64,000 nt of DNA, from contig JBNKBE010000015.1 in NCBI GenBank assembly GCA_050287085.1, forward strand, positions 1-64,000, in the 5' to 3' direction. Of the stretch, positions 29,901 through 39,334 are shown one piece after another. A program made the translations under genes and the position numbers. The stretch's first letter is position 1. Each line of letters opens with the position of its first letter. Origin of the DNA: Polyangiaceae bacterium (lineage in GTDB: Bacteria > Myxococcota_A > Polyangia > Polyangiales > Polyangiaceae). The notes below the pieces were generated by a model, which had not been told where the DNA came from, searched no databases, and saw only the letters and a program-made list of their open reading frames with translations.

Positions 29901-31394
29901 ATGAATCGCACGTCTGGGAGCAAGAACGCAGTGAGAAGCCTATTGTCGACTGGTGAGCTCCTGTTGCTCGCGCTGGGTGCTTGGGCTACGGCCTGCGGGG
30001 GTCAGTCGGAGAGCACGCCCCCGAACGGAAGTGACTCGAGCCAGACCGCGACTGGGCAAGCGGGTAGCAGCAGCGAAGGCGCGCCGAAGAGCCCGGAAGG
30101 TGGCGGCGGAGCTGACTCCACCAAAGACGTTGCCGGCCCCACGATTGCGGAGGCGGGCTCCACAGGTACCGTTGTCGATTCCGCAGGGAGCGGCGGCGAC
30201 ACAGGTGGCGCAGCCGGATCACCCGCGACTGGCCAGGGTGGCGGCAACGACGAGGGCGCCACTGATGGGGATGGCGAAGCGGGTAAAGCCGGAGCCGACG
30301 CCGACATGGGTGAAGCTGAAGCCGACGCCGACATGGGTGAAGCCGAAGCCGACGCCGACGCGTCTGGGACACTCTCCTTCGCTGAGCCCATGTTCTACCC
30401 CGGGGGAAGCTGGGCCATGGACATAGGCGTGGCAGATCTCAACGGGGATGGCGCCCTCGACGTGGCTTCGGCCGACTTCAGCAACGTCACCGGCGGAGTC
30501 TTCGTATGGTTGAACCAGGGAGACGGAAGCTTCGCTGCGGCCAGCCCCTACCTGCTCGGCGAGCATGGGGTCTCGATCGAGGTGGCCGACATCAACGGCG
30601 ACAAGAAGCCCGACCTGATCACTGCAACCGAGGATAGCCTCAGCGCGCTTTTGAACAACGGCGATGGAACATTTCCGTTGCCGTCTCGCCTCGCCGGGAC
30701 AGGTTATGGAGTCCGCGCGTTGGACGCGAACGCGGACGGCCAGCTTGATTTTCTCGCCGGCACCACGCTGTACCTCAATCAGGGGGGCGCCCAGTTCGAC
30801 CTCTCCGCTAAGAAGACGGCGGGCAGGCCCTGGGTCGCGACCGATTTGAATGGTGACGGGATGACCGACGTCGTAGGCGCAGGGGTAGGCGTCTTCGTGT
30901 CGCTGGGCCTCGGAGCGGGCGACTTCGCGCCCAGCGTGCTGTACGACGTGGGCGTCGTCGGCAAGGGGACGACAACACGCGGGACAGCGGTGGGTGATAT
31001 CAACCACGACGGATGGCCCGACATTGCAACCGTCAACGACAGCGACGCGTCTGCGGCCGTGCTCTTCAACCAGGGCGACGGTACATTTTCCAAGCCCGAC
31101 CTCTACGCCACCGGCTCATGGCCGACTTCTGTCGCCCTGGGAGATCTCGACGCTGACGGGTGGCCCGAGCTCGTGGTGGCTAACAGTGGCGCCGCCACCC
31201 TGCACACCAGTCGCCCCTACCTGGCGGTATACCGCAATCTCGGCGACGGCACGTTCGCCCCCCCCGAGGAGTTCCTGGAAGTCGGCTACCCCTACGCCGT
31301 CATGCTGGCAGATCTGAATGGAGACGGCAAGCTGGACATCACCGTCGGTGACGGCGGTGGCAGGCTCGCGGTCGTCCTAAACACCACGCGCTGA
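29901..31394 (+). CDS. FG-GAP/VCBS repeat lipoprotein
   Basis: ATAC lipobox, acidic Gly linker and seven DxNxDGxxD-type repeats. Confidence 0.9.
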   Translation: MNRTSGSKNAVRSLLSTGELLLLALGAWATACGGQSESTPPNGSDSSQTATGQAGSSSEGAPKSPEGGGGADSTKDVAGPTIAEAGSTGTVVDSAGSGGDTGGAAGSPATGQGGGNDEGATDGDGEAGKAGADADMGEAEADADMGEAEADADASGTLSFAEPMFYPGGSWAMDIGVADLNGDGALDVASADFSNVTGGVFVWLNQGDGSFAAASPYLLGEHGVSIEVADINGDKKPDLITATEDSLSALLNNGDGTFPLPSRLAGTGYGVRALDANADGQLDFLAGTTLYLNQGGAQFDLSAKKTAGRPWVATDLNGDGMTDVVGAGVGVFVSLGLGAGDFAPSVLYDVGVVGKGTTTRGTAVGDINHDGWPDIATVNDSDASAAVLFNQGDGTFSKPDLYATGSWPTSVALGDLDADGWPELVVANSGAATLHTSRPYLAVYRNLGDGTFAPPEEFLEVGYPYAVMLADLNGDGKLDITVGDGGGRLAVVLNTTR

Positions 31395-31516
31395 CCCGGG
31401 TTAGGCTCGCGGACGGGAACGCCTGTCGCGAGCTGGTCGCTAAGCTGTTAAGCCGGACACTGGCATCATCGGCGAGCTCAGATGCGCCCCAGGTAACTTG
31501 GACTGTGCTTTGTGCG

Positions 31517-32164
31517 CTACCGCCTGCACGTTCCGCTCGCGCAGCGCAACTCGTCCGGGCAGAGCAGGGTGTCGCTGCAGAGCAACACACACCCATTGAA
31601 GTAACAGGCCTTGTCCGCGTTGCCGGTGAGTGGTTCGGGACATTCGTCCCCCGGTCCCTGGGTGTGCGGGCACTGGGGCACGCACCAGGAGTTGCACGAC
31701 GAGCCCGGCAATGGGCAATCAGGATCGTCCTCGCACAGACCGTAGGGCTCGAGCGAGCCGCCACCTCCGCTGCTCGCATCTGCGCCGCCGGAGCCTCCAC
31801 GGCCGCTGACTGCATCTGCACCGCTTGAGCCGCCACCGCCGCTGACTGCACCTGCGCCGCCGGAGCCGGTATCTGCTTCTCCGGCACTGCCCGCACCGCC
31901 GTTGCCTGCATAGGAGCCGGCATCTGCTTCTTCGGCGCCCATACCGGTCCCGCCATGGGCGGTGCCCGCGCCGCCGGCGTGGTCTTCGCTTGCGCCGCCT
32001 GTGTTTTCCCAGTCAGCCTCTCCGCCGGTGGACCCGCCGTTGACTGCCCCCTCCTTGTCAGAGGCTCCAGCGCCGTCCGAGGACGCACCTGCACCTCCGC
32101 CGTTCGTCGTGTCCTTGGCGCAAGCGGCGAGGCTGAACCCGGCGACCGTCAGCGCAAGACCCAA
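31517..32164 (-). CDS. Gly-rich, Cys-rich small lipoprotein (5' end possibly frameshifted)
   Basis: LAAC lipobox and a C-terminal Cys cluster. An ATG with a strong RBS at 32237 is out of frame. Confidence 0.65.
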   Translation of the reverse strand: MGLALTVAGFSLAACAKDTTNGGGAGASSDGAGASDKEGAVNGGSTGGEADWENTGGASEDHAGGAGTAHGGTGMGAEEADAGSYAGNGGAGSAGEADTGSGGAGAVSGGGGSSGADAVSGRGGSGGADASSGGGGSLEPYGLCEDDPDCPLPGSSCNSWCVPQCPHTQGPGDECPEPLTGNADKACYFNGCVLLCSDTLLCPDELRCASGTCRR

Positions 32165-32439
32165 CTTTTCTCACCAGCGCGTCGCGGGCCTGGGCACGGC
32201 TCTCGCCAGCGGCTGCCGGTGTGTAGTGCTCGACCATGACGCCTCCCCCACGCTAGAGCGTGTCGAGATCCTCACCTAGACCCCGCAGCCCTTGCTGACT
32301 GTCATGCGGGCAAGAGCCTATTGAAGTCAACCCGCGAAGCACAAGCTACCTCCAAAGGGGGTAGCTCGAGCCCGCCCGCGACGAGCCCACCCGCCGCGGC
32401 AGCGACCGGCGCTACATCACTCTTCCGCAGGCCCTGAGC

Positions 32440-32487
32440 TTTGAATCGAGACGCGACGCTTCGCGTGCGCCCGCGTCTCGATTCAAA
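32440..32487. repeat. intergenic palindromic hairpin (related to the one at 46493)
   Basis: TTTGAATCGAGACGCG-16 nt-CGCGTCTCGATTCAAA. Confidence 0.85.
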
Positions 32488-32890
32488 TAACCCAAGAACG
32501 ACCCCAGTCGCGAGCACTTGCAGCTTGCGGCCGCGCCGCTAGCTCGTCCGGACACCGCCCAGTGTCACTGTGAGCCACCCGCAGACTGCTCAGGCCAGGG
32601 TGCCGGTCATGCGCCGGGGAGTAGTTCGCTGCGCCGATACCCGGCCAGCCTTCCTCCGATGCTGCAACGCAGGCTAGGGTCACCGCATCTGCCCACCAGG
32701 CTGGCGCCACGTATGCCGGACTTATGGCCGGATGCGGCGAATACTCCCACGACGGCTTCTCCACACGGCGGTTCCACGCCCTAGGCGCTCTGTTTCATGA
32801 GGGGTTGGAACAGGCCAGGCTGGGATACGCTCCTATGCCTCACGAGTGCGATTGCAAAGCAGGCTGGAGAACGGCTATTGGCCAAGGGCC

Positions 32891-35800
32891 ATGCTGTCGT
32901 CCCTCCCCTTCGCACGCCGCGCTCTGTCAGTGATTCGCGACTTGGTATTTCTGTCGTGTGTATGCCCCGCGATCGCTTCCGCGGGTGCGTTGCCCGCGCC
33001 GGAGCCAATCGGCCCGTACCTAAACGGCGCATTTCCTGATACGGCACCGACCATCGAATGGGGCGTTGTCGACGCGTTTCCAGCGCTCGAGTTTATCAGC
33101 CCGGTCCAGATTATGGAGATCCCCGGATCTTCCAAAGTTGCCGTCGTAAGCAAGCGTGGGCGTATCTGGGCGGTGGACAACGACGAGTCTGCTACCGTCA
33201 AAGACCTCGTTCTCGATATCAGCGCACAGACTCTGATCCACGACGACGGTGGGTTATTGGCTATTGCGTTTCATCCCCAATTCGACGTTCCTGGTGCCCA
33301 AGGGGAAGGTCAGCTCTTCGTATGGTACCGCTACACGCCGGACCCAGCTCACGTGGGACGGCAAGGCTACTTGCGCCTTTCGCGCTTCGACGTCGACCCG
33401 GCAACGCTGGTCGCGGACGGGCAGTCGGAGTTCGTTCTCATCCAGCAATACGATGCCCACGACTGGCACAACGGCGGCAGTCCGCGATTTGGCGCTGACG
33501 GCTTCCTGTATTTCTGTGTGGGCGACCAGGGTGAAGAAAGCTACGCCGGAGGAACTCGCCAGCAGACCGACAAGTACCTGTTTAGCGGTGTTTTCCGGAT
33601 TGATGTCGATCAAGATCTGAGCCGCAGTCATCCTATTCGGCGCCAACCCCAAAGCTGGGAGACACCGCCATCGGGCTGGCCTCCGAGTTTCACCCAGGGC
33701 TACACCATTCCGAACGATAACCCGTGGCAAGACCCGAGCGGGGGAACCCTCGAGGAGTTCTACGCGTTGGGGGTCCGCAGTCCACACCGAATGGCGTTCG
33801 ACCCGGTCACGGGCGCGCTTTGGCTTGGCGACACGGGCGCCGGTCTTCAAGAAGAGATCAACTTGATCGAGAAGGGCGCCAACTACCAATGGCCCTACGT
33901 CGAGGGCACGTTTCGCCACCAGAACACGCCATCTCCCCTGATAGGCTTCGAGCGTCAGCCGGTGCACACGTTCCCGTCAGGCGCGGTGGTAGGTGGCTTC
34001 GTGTATCGCGGGACACGTTATCAAAGTGAGCTGGAAGGCAAGTATCTGTTCAGCGACTTCAACAGTGGGCGCGTTTTCACCCTCACCCATGACGCCGCGA
34101 CCAACACCTGGAACAACGAGCTGCTCGTCGACCTCGCCGACACCGGCATTCCCGCTACCCAGCGCCTGACCGGTGTCTCGACGCTCTCCGATGGCGAAAT
34201 CTATCTCACCTGGCTTTACCAGTACCGCACCAGCATCGAGCAAGGAAAGGTCTTCAAGTTGGCGCCGTTGCCTCCGGCCGGAGGAGAAGTTCCTCCGACG
34301 CTATCAGCCACGGGAGCCTTCACGGATCTCCAGACCCTCGCGCCTGCTGCGGGCCTCATCCCCTTCGACGTCAATCAACCCTTGTGGTCTGATGGCGCGA
34401 CGAAGTCGCGCTGGCTGGCGATCCCCAACGACGGAACCCACGACTCGGCGGCGGAGCAGATCACCTTCTCGGAAAATGCTCCCTGGACCTACCCGCCCGG
34501 AAGCGTTCTGGTCAAACACTTCGAACTCGGTGTCGAGGACGCCGACCCCACGCAGAAAGTCCGTCTCGAGACGCGGTTCTTGGTCATGCAAGCCAACGGC
34601 GGTGCCTACGGCCTGACCTATCGCTGGAACGACGCTGGCAGCGAAGCCTATCTGCTAAGCGGCGCCGAAACTCGCGACCTGGACATCGCACTCGCCGGAG
34701 GCGGCACGCGGCAACAGACCTGGACATTCCCCAGCCGACAGGATTGCAGCGAGTGCCATACGTCTCAGGCGGGGTACGCTCTCGGGCCGCACACGTGGCA
34801 GCTCAATCGGGACTTCGACTATCCCAACGGCAGCACCGACAACCAGCTCATGACGTTCCGAGACCTCGGAATATTTGCTAACCCGTTTGCGGCAGGAGAT
34901 CTCGATACCCTGCCCAAGGGCGTCAACCTCAGCGATGCCAGCAAGACGCCGGCCGAGCGCATCAACAGCTACTTGGCTGCCAACTGCTCTCAGTGTCACC
35001 GCCCGGGTGGAATCGAATCTGGGCTGGACGCGCGCTTCGACTTCCCCGTCGAGTCTCTGATCGGCGCCCCTGCCATTGCTCACAGCTCCACCGCCAACGT
35101 CATCGTTGCAGCCGGTGATCGGTGGAGCTCCGAGCTCTACATTCGCGACGCTTCCATAGGAGCCGGAGCTATGCCACCGCTCGCCAAGTCGATGGTGGAC
35201 GAGACCTACGTCGCAGTGTTGGAGGCGTGGATAGACGGTACCTGTCCGGACTGCCCAACGTGCAACGATGGCAGCCAGAACGGCGATGAGACCGGCGTCG
35301 ACTGCGGGGGCGCAATCTGCTTCCCCTGCCCGGGCTGCACCGATGGGGTCCAGAACGGGGACGAAACGGGTATCGACTGCGGTGGCTCTGTGTGTGGAGC
35401 GTGTTCGGTCTGCGAGGCCACAGGCTATGATGCTGCAGAAATGACGCCCTCAACGGGAGGTCAGGTCGGCGATGGCTGGAACCTCTGGTCGAACGGAATG
35501 CTTTCGGTCGACCACGACTTTGTGGCGGGTGAAGCCATCGTGACTGTAAGCGCCCGTGGTGAGTTTGCCGGTGGTGAGTGGCCCAACATGGTGCTCAGTC
35601 TAGACGGCATTCCGATCGAAAGCGTCGAAGTCGCGAGCTCCAGCCTGAACGACTACGTCTTCCAATTCCAGGCATCGGCAGGTGTACAACAACTCGGCGT
35701 CGAATTTACCAACGACTACTACCAGAGCCCGGATGACCGGAACTTGATAGTCGCGCATGTCGAGATCGATTGTGCCGGCCCCCCTCCTGATCCGTTCTGC

Positions 35801-37492
35801 GGAGACGGCACCTGCGATCCAGCCGAGACGTGTTCCACCTGTGCGATGGATTGCGGCGTGTGCCCTACCTGCAATGATCAGCAGCAAAACGGCAACGAGA
35901 CCGGCGTCGATTGCGGCGGGTCCTGTCCCGCATGTCCGACGCTCCCCACGCAGGTTTGGCTGGAGGCAGAAGCCGGAACACTCAGCGGGAGTCCCGCATT
36001 CCAGGTCGGCAGCGACGCCACGGCGTCCGGGGCCGCCTATCTGTCGCCTACCTCGAACAACCTTTCCTCACCCGGCCCCAACCGGGCAAGCTATGGCTTT
36101 GAAAGCGAGGCGGGCAGCTACGTACTTTGGGCTCGGGTCATCGCGCCGAACAGTGACGACGACTCGATCTGGGTGAGCGTGGACGGCGGCAGCTTCATCC
36201 GTTGGAACAACATCCAGGCGAGTAGCACTTGGACCTGGGATACCCTGCACAACAGCGACAGCGGCGACGCACAGGTCACCCTGAACCTCTCGGCGGGCTC
36301 TCATACGGTAACCCTCGCCAATCGCGAAGACGGATTCCGTGTCGACAAGCTGTACTTGACCGCGGAAGGAGATGTGCCCTCGGGCCTCGGCGGGGGTTCT
36401 GGTTGCGAGCCGGATACCTGCGCCTCGCTCGACGCAGCCTGTGGCTCCGTCAGCGACGGCTGCGGCGCATCGCTCGACTGCGGTAGCTGCGCAAACGGAC
36501 AAGTCTGCGACGCCAACAACCAGTGTGTACCAGAAGGCGGAGGTGTCGTTCCGACCAGTGGCAACACTTACGAGTTGCACAACGTTGGCGATGGCTCTTG
36601 TCTCTCGCGGGTCGATGCGGCCACCGACAATGCCGCGGCCTTGGCGTGCACTTCGAGCGTCGATCAGCAATGGCTGCTCTCCACGGTCGGCGCCTACTTC
36701 AAGCTCGAAGTGGCTGCCACGGGAGACTCCCTCGACGCCGAGGGTGCGAGCACCGCGACCGGCACGAATCTCCTCTTGTGGGCCTACGGAGCGGGTGCGA
36801 CGAACCGCGAATATACGCTGACCGCGTTGGGCAACAATGAGTACCAGCTCGAAGCGCGGCATGCCGCAGGACAATGCGCCGTCAAGAATGGCACCAATGT
36901 CGAGCTGGGGCCGTGCAACGGCGCCGCGACGGCACGCTGGACGTTCCACGACGGCTCTAGCTGCACTCCTAGCTGCGCCGGGCTCGAGTGCGGCGGAGAT
37001 GGTTGCGGCGGGTCGTGTGGTACGTGCGGCGCCAACGAGATCTGCGACGCGGCTCAACAGTGCGTGCTGGCACCAGGGGAGATCCCGAGCTCCGGCAACG
37101 CGTACGAGCTTCATGGCGTGGCTGGCGGCGGATGCCTCACCCGGATTGACGCCGGCACTGACAACGCGCGGGAACAAAGCTGCATTGGGACGAGTGATCA
37201 GCAATGGCTGCTGACAGCGGTGGGGAGCTACTACAAGCTCGAAGTGCTCACCACGGGCGATTGTCTAGACGCGGAAGGTGGTCGCTCTACCGCGGGAACG
37301 AACCTCCTGTTGTGGCCGTACGGCGGCGGAGCTGCAAACCGAGAATACGCATTGGTAGCGCTCGGCAACAACACCTACCAACTGCAGGCGCGACACGCGC
37401 CAGGTCAGTGCGCGGTGAGTAACGCTGGCAACGCAGAGCTTGGCCCCTGTACGTCCAGCGCCTCGGCATGGACCTTCCACAGCATTCCGTAG
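32891..37492 (+). CDS. secreted multidomain glucose/sorbosone (PQQ-type) dehydrogenase-cytochrome c protein with Cys-rich repeats, CBM-like and ricin-B-like domains
   Basis: GLLAIAFHPQF, WHNGG...FGADGFLY, IPNDNP, GVRSPHRM. LWSDGATKSRW...RLETR with CSECH and CSQCH. CNDGxQNGDETGVDCGG repeats. FTNDY...DRNL (CBM60-like). WLEAE module. Two QQW-containing ricin-like repeats. Confidence 0.88.
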   Translation: MLSSLPFARRALSVIRDLVFLSCVCPAIASAGALPAPEPIGPYLNGAFPDTAPTIEWGVVDAFPALEFISPVQIMEIPGSSKVAVVSKRGRIWAVDNDESATVKDLVLDISAQTLIHDDGGLLAIAFHPQFDVPGAQGEGQLFVWYRYTPDPAHVGRQGYLRLSRFDVDPATLVADGQSEFVLIQQYDAHDWHNGGSPRFGADGFLYFCVGDQGEESYAGGTRQQTDKYLFSGVFRIDVDQDLSRSHPIRRQPQSWETPPSGWPPSFTQGYTIPNDNPWQDPSGGTLEEFYALGVRSPHRMAFDPVTGALWLGDTGAGLQEEINLIEKGANYQWPYVEGTFRHQNTPSPLIGFERQPVHTFPSGAVVGGFVYRGTRYQSELEGKYLFSDFNSGRVFTLTHDAATNTWNNELLVDLADTGIPATQRLTGVSTLSDGEIYLTWLYQYRTSIEQGKVFKLAPLPPAGGEVPPTLSATGAFTDLQTLAPAAGLIPFDVNQPLWSDGATKSRWLAIPNDGTHDSAAEQITFSENAPWTYPPGSVLVKHFELGVEDADPTQKVRLETRFLVMQANGGAYGLTYRWNDAGSEAYLLSGAETRDLDIALAGGGTRQQTWTFPSRQDCSECHTSQAGYALGPHTWQLNRDFDYPNGSTDNQLMTFRDLGIFANPFAAGDLDTLPKGVNLSDASKTPAERINSYLAANCSQCHRPGGIESGLDARFDFPVESLIGAPAIAHSSTANVIVAAGDRWSSELYIRDASIGAGAMPPLAKSMVDETYVAVLEAWIDGTCPDCPTCNDGSQNGDETGVDCGGAICFPCPGCTDGVQNGDETGIDCGGSVCGACSVCEATGYDAAEMTPSTGGQVGDGWNLWSNGMLSVDHDFVAGEAIVTVSARGEFAGGEWPNMVLSLDGIPIESVEVASSSLNDYVFQFQASAGVQQLGVEFTNDYYQSPDDRNLIVAHVEIDCAGPPPDPFCGDGTCDPAETCSTCAMDCGVCPTCNDQQQNGNETGVDCGGSCPACPTLPTQVWLEAEAGTLSGSPAFQVGSDATASGAAYLSPTSNNLSSPGPNRASYGFESEAGSYVLWARVIAPNSDDDSIWVSVDGGSFIRWNNIQASSTWTWDTLHNSDSGDAQVTLNLSAGSHTVTLANREDGFRVDKLYLTAEGDVPSGLGGGSGCEPDTCASLDAACGSVSDGCGASLDCGSCANGQVCDANNQCVPEGGGVVPTSGNTYELHNVGDGSCLSRVDAATDNAAALACTSSVDQQWLLSTVGAYFKLEVAATGDSLDAEGASTATGTNLLLWAYGAGATNREYTLTALGNNEYQLEARHAAGQCAVKNGTNVELGPCNGAATARWTFHDGSSCTPSCAGLECGGDGCGGSCGTCGANEICDAAQQCVLAPGEIPSSGNAYELHGVAGGGCLTRIDAGTDNAREQSCIGTSDQQWLLTAVGSYYKLEVLTTGDCLDAEGGRSTAGTNLLLWPYGGGAANREYALVALGNNTYQLQARHAPGQCAVSNAGNAELGPCTSSASAWTFHSIP

Positions 37493-37501
37493 CCTGACGT
37501 G

Positions 37502-38154
37502 GCGCGAGACAGCGGACGCCGCTGGAATTGAATGGGCCGGGCCGAACTCGCGGCAAGCCCGGCGCGAGTTCGCAAAACCCAACCTGGCAAACCGGCACGG
37601 CAAACCTCAAGCCCGGCGCGAGTTAGCGCAAACCTAGCGCAAACCTAGCGCAAACCTAACCAGGTTAGCACGCACGCAAACCTAACCGCAAACCTAACCA
37701 GGTTAACCTCAACCGCAAACCTAACCAGGTTAACCTAACCAGGTTAACCTAACCAGGTTAACCTAACCTCAACCTGGCAAACCTGGCAAACCTAACCAGG
37801 TTAGCAGAGCAACCTGGCAAACCCACGCACGCAAACCTCGCGCAAACCTAACCAGGTTAACCTAACCTCGCAGCACGCAAACCTCACGCAAACCTAACCA
37901 GGTTAGCACGCATAACCTCGCAAACCTAACCAGGTTGGCAAACCTAACCAGGTTAGCAGAACCTGGCAAACCTAACCAGGTTAGCAGAGCGGGCGAACTG
38001 GCGGCGAGCCCGGTGTGGCGCGAGTTAACCCTTGGCCCGCGGCGAACCCTAACCAGGTTGGCGCAGGGAGCACGCGGCGAACCCTTCGCGAACCATACCG
38101 AACTCGCGGCGAGCCCGGAGCCGCGCAAGACTGGACGCCGCGGGATTGAATGGC
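37502..38154. repeat. left mosaic repeat array flanking the HUH transposase
   Basis: About 11 exact AACCTAACCAGGTT (e.g. 37653, 37691, 37718, 37732, 37746, 37789, 37845, 37891, 37923, 37941, 37969), plus many truncated GCAAACCT units. Bounded by imperfect direct repeats. Confidence 0.95.
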
Positions 38155-38313
38155 TCGAGCGCGCAGCGTGGCCCGGACCGCCACTTCTCCGTATTCCACA
38201 AGCGCGACCGCACGTTTCGCACGTTTCACCGGCGCTCAACGGCACGTCGGTGCCCACCAAACGCAGCGGCGCCGTCTTCGCTTGAGGTCCCTGACGAGCC
38301 AACTAGCGCCAAC

Positions 38314-39201
38314 TCACCCCGGGGGCTCGACGGCTACGCCGTACAGCACCCGCATCCGCCAAGTTCCCGCGGGAAACTTCTGTGACCGGTCTCCGCCGCA
38401 CCAGGCTCGGAGCGCTTCGCGGTAGGCGGAGCGAAACGCCTGCTCGATGCTGATGAAGGCGACGCGGATGGAAATGTTACGTGCGGCCACCACGGGGTTG
38501 ATGCGGCGCTTCTCTTCGTAGCGGGTTGCACGCTTCGAGAAGGACTTCTTGCGCACCGCCGCGGCTCCGAGGAAGCGGAGTCCTTGGCGCTCGACCTCCC
38601 GCCGGGCGTGCTCTACGTGTGTGGCAGCCGCCACAGAGAGAGACTGCTCCCAAGCGTCTTCATCATGCACGTACGGAGGGGGCACGATGGCGAACTCGAC
38701 GTACTTCGGCATGCCACCGTTCGGGTCGAAATAGACGTCGGGGCGCTTAGTCTCGCGCCGCGTGCCAGGCTTCCAATGGAGCACGCCCGGCCATCGTCCA
38801 GGACGATCGACGAGCCCAGCAGCAACAGGATTGGCGACGACGTAGGCGATCTTGTCGAGCACGTCGCCCCGTGCCGGAAGGCGGACAGCACTGTAGGACT
38901 CAGCGGACCACAGATTCTCCCACTGCCCCTGGGTGGCGTTGAGTGCCTTAGCTGTCAATCGATGGAACTCACGAGCGAACTCCGGCAGTCGCCCCATCAC
39001 GTCGGTGACGACGAGGTGATGGTGATTGCTCATCACCACGAACGCGTGCACCTGAACACCGGTGAGCGCCGCGGCGTAGCCCAGGCAGTACTCGAATATG
39101 GCGTTAGTGCGCGGTTCTGGGCGGAGGCGAAACGTGCGCTGGTAGACGCGACGGGTGAGCAGATAGGTTGCACCAGGAACGACTCTGCGCGGATGGGCCA
39201 C
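38314..39201 (-). mobile_element. HUH Y1 transposase, REP-associated tyrosine transposase (RAYT)-like
   Basis: N-terminal YLLTRR, HUH motif VMSNHHHLV, catalytic IAYVVANPVAAGLV...WPG. 295 aa, no tnpB, flanked by repeat arrays. Confidence 0.9.
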
Positions 39202-39212
39202 GACTTACCTTG

Positions 39213-39228
39213 AGCAACACCCATGCCC
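39213..39228 (-). promoter_or_regulatory. candidate sigma54 promoter of the transposase
   Basis: Minus strand GGGCAT-GGGTG-TTGCT (GG-N10-GC). Predicted +1 at about 39202; GTG start at 39201. Confidence 0.6.
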
Positions 39229-39334
39229 GCGATAAACGTTGCATCGCCCAACCAGATTGCGAACCAGTGCGCTGTTCGCCACTTGTGGACAGGTCGGTAG
39301 CCATGCCTCATGCCGACGCCACTGCGCTTGGAAT

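Noticed and set aside
29646..29901. Minus-strand ORFs with RLLRIAAPTNCGSYE repeats
   Set aside because: These are artefacts of the 16-bp tandem repeat.
37862..38302. ORFs within the repeat arrays (also 39168-39733, 39810-40115)
   Set aside because: These are translations of repeats (NLVR, TWLG, GHP) with no RBS or coding signal.
38314..39201. Classical IS200/IS605 element
   Set aside because: The protein is about twice TnpA length, there is no tnpB, and no single subterminal hairpin pair was identified. RAYT-like fits better.
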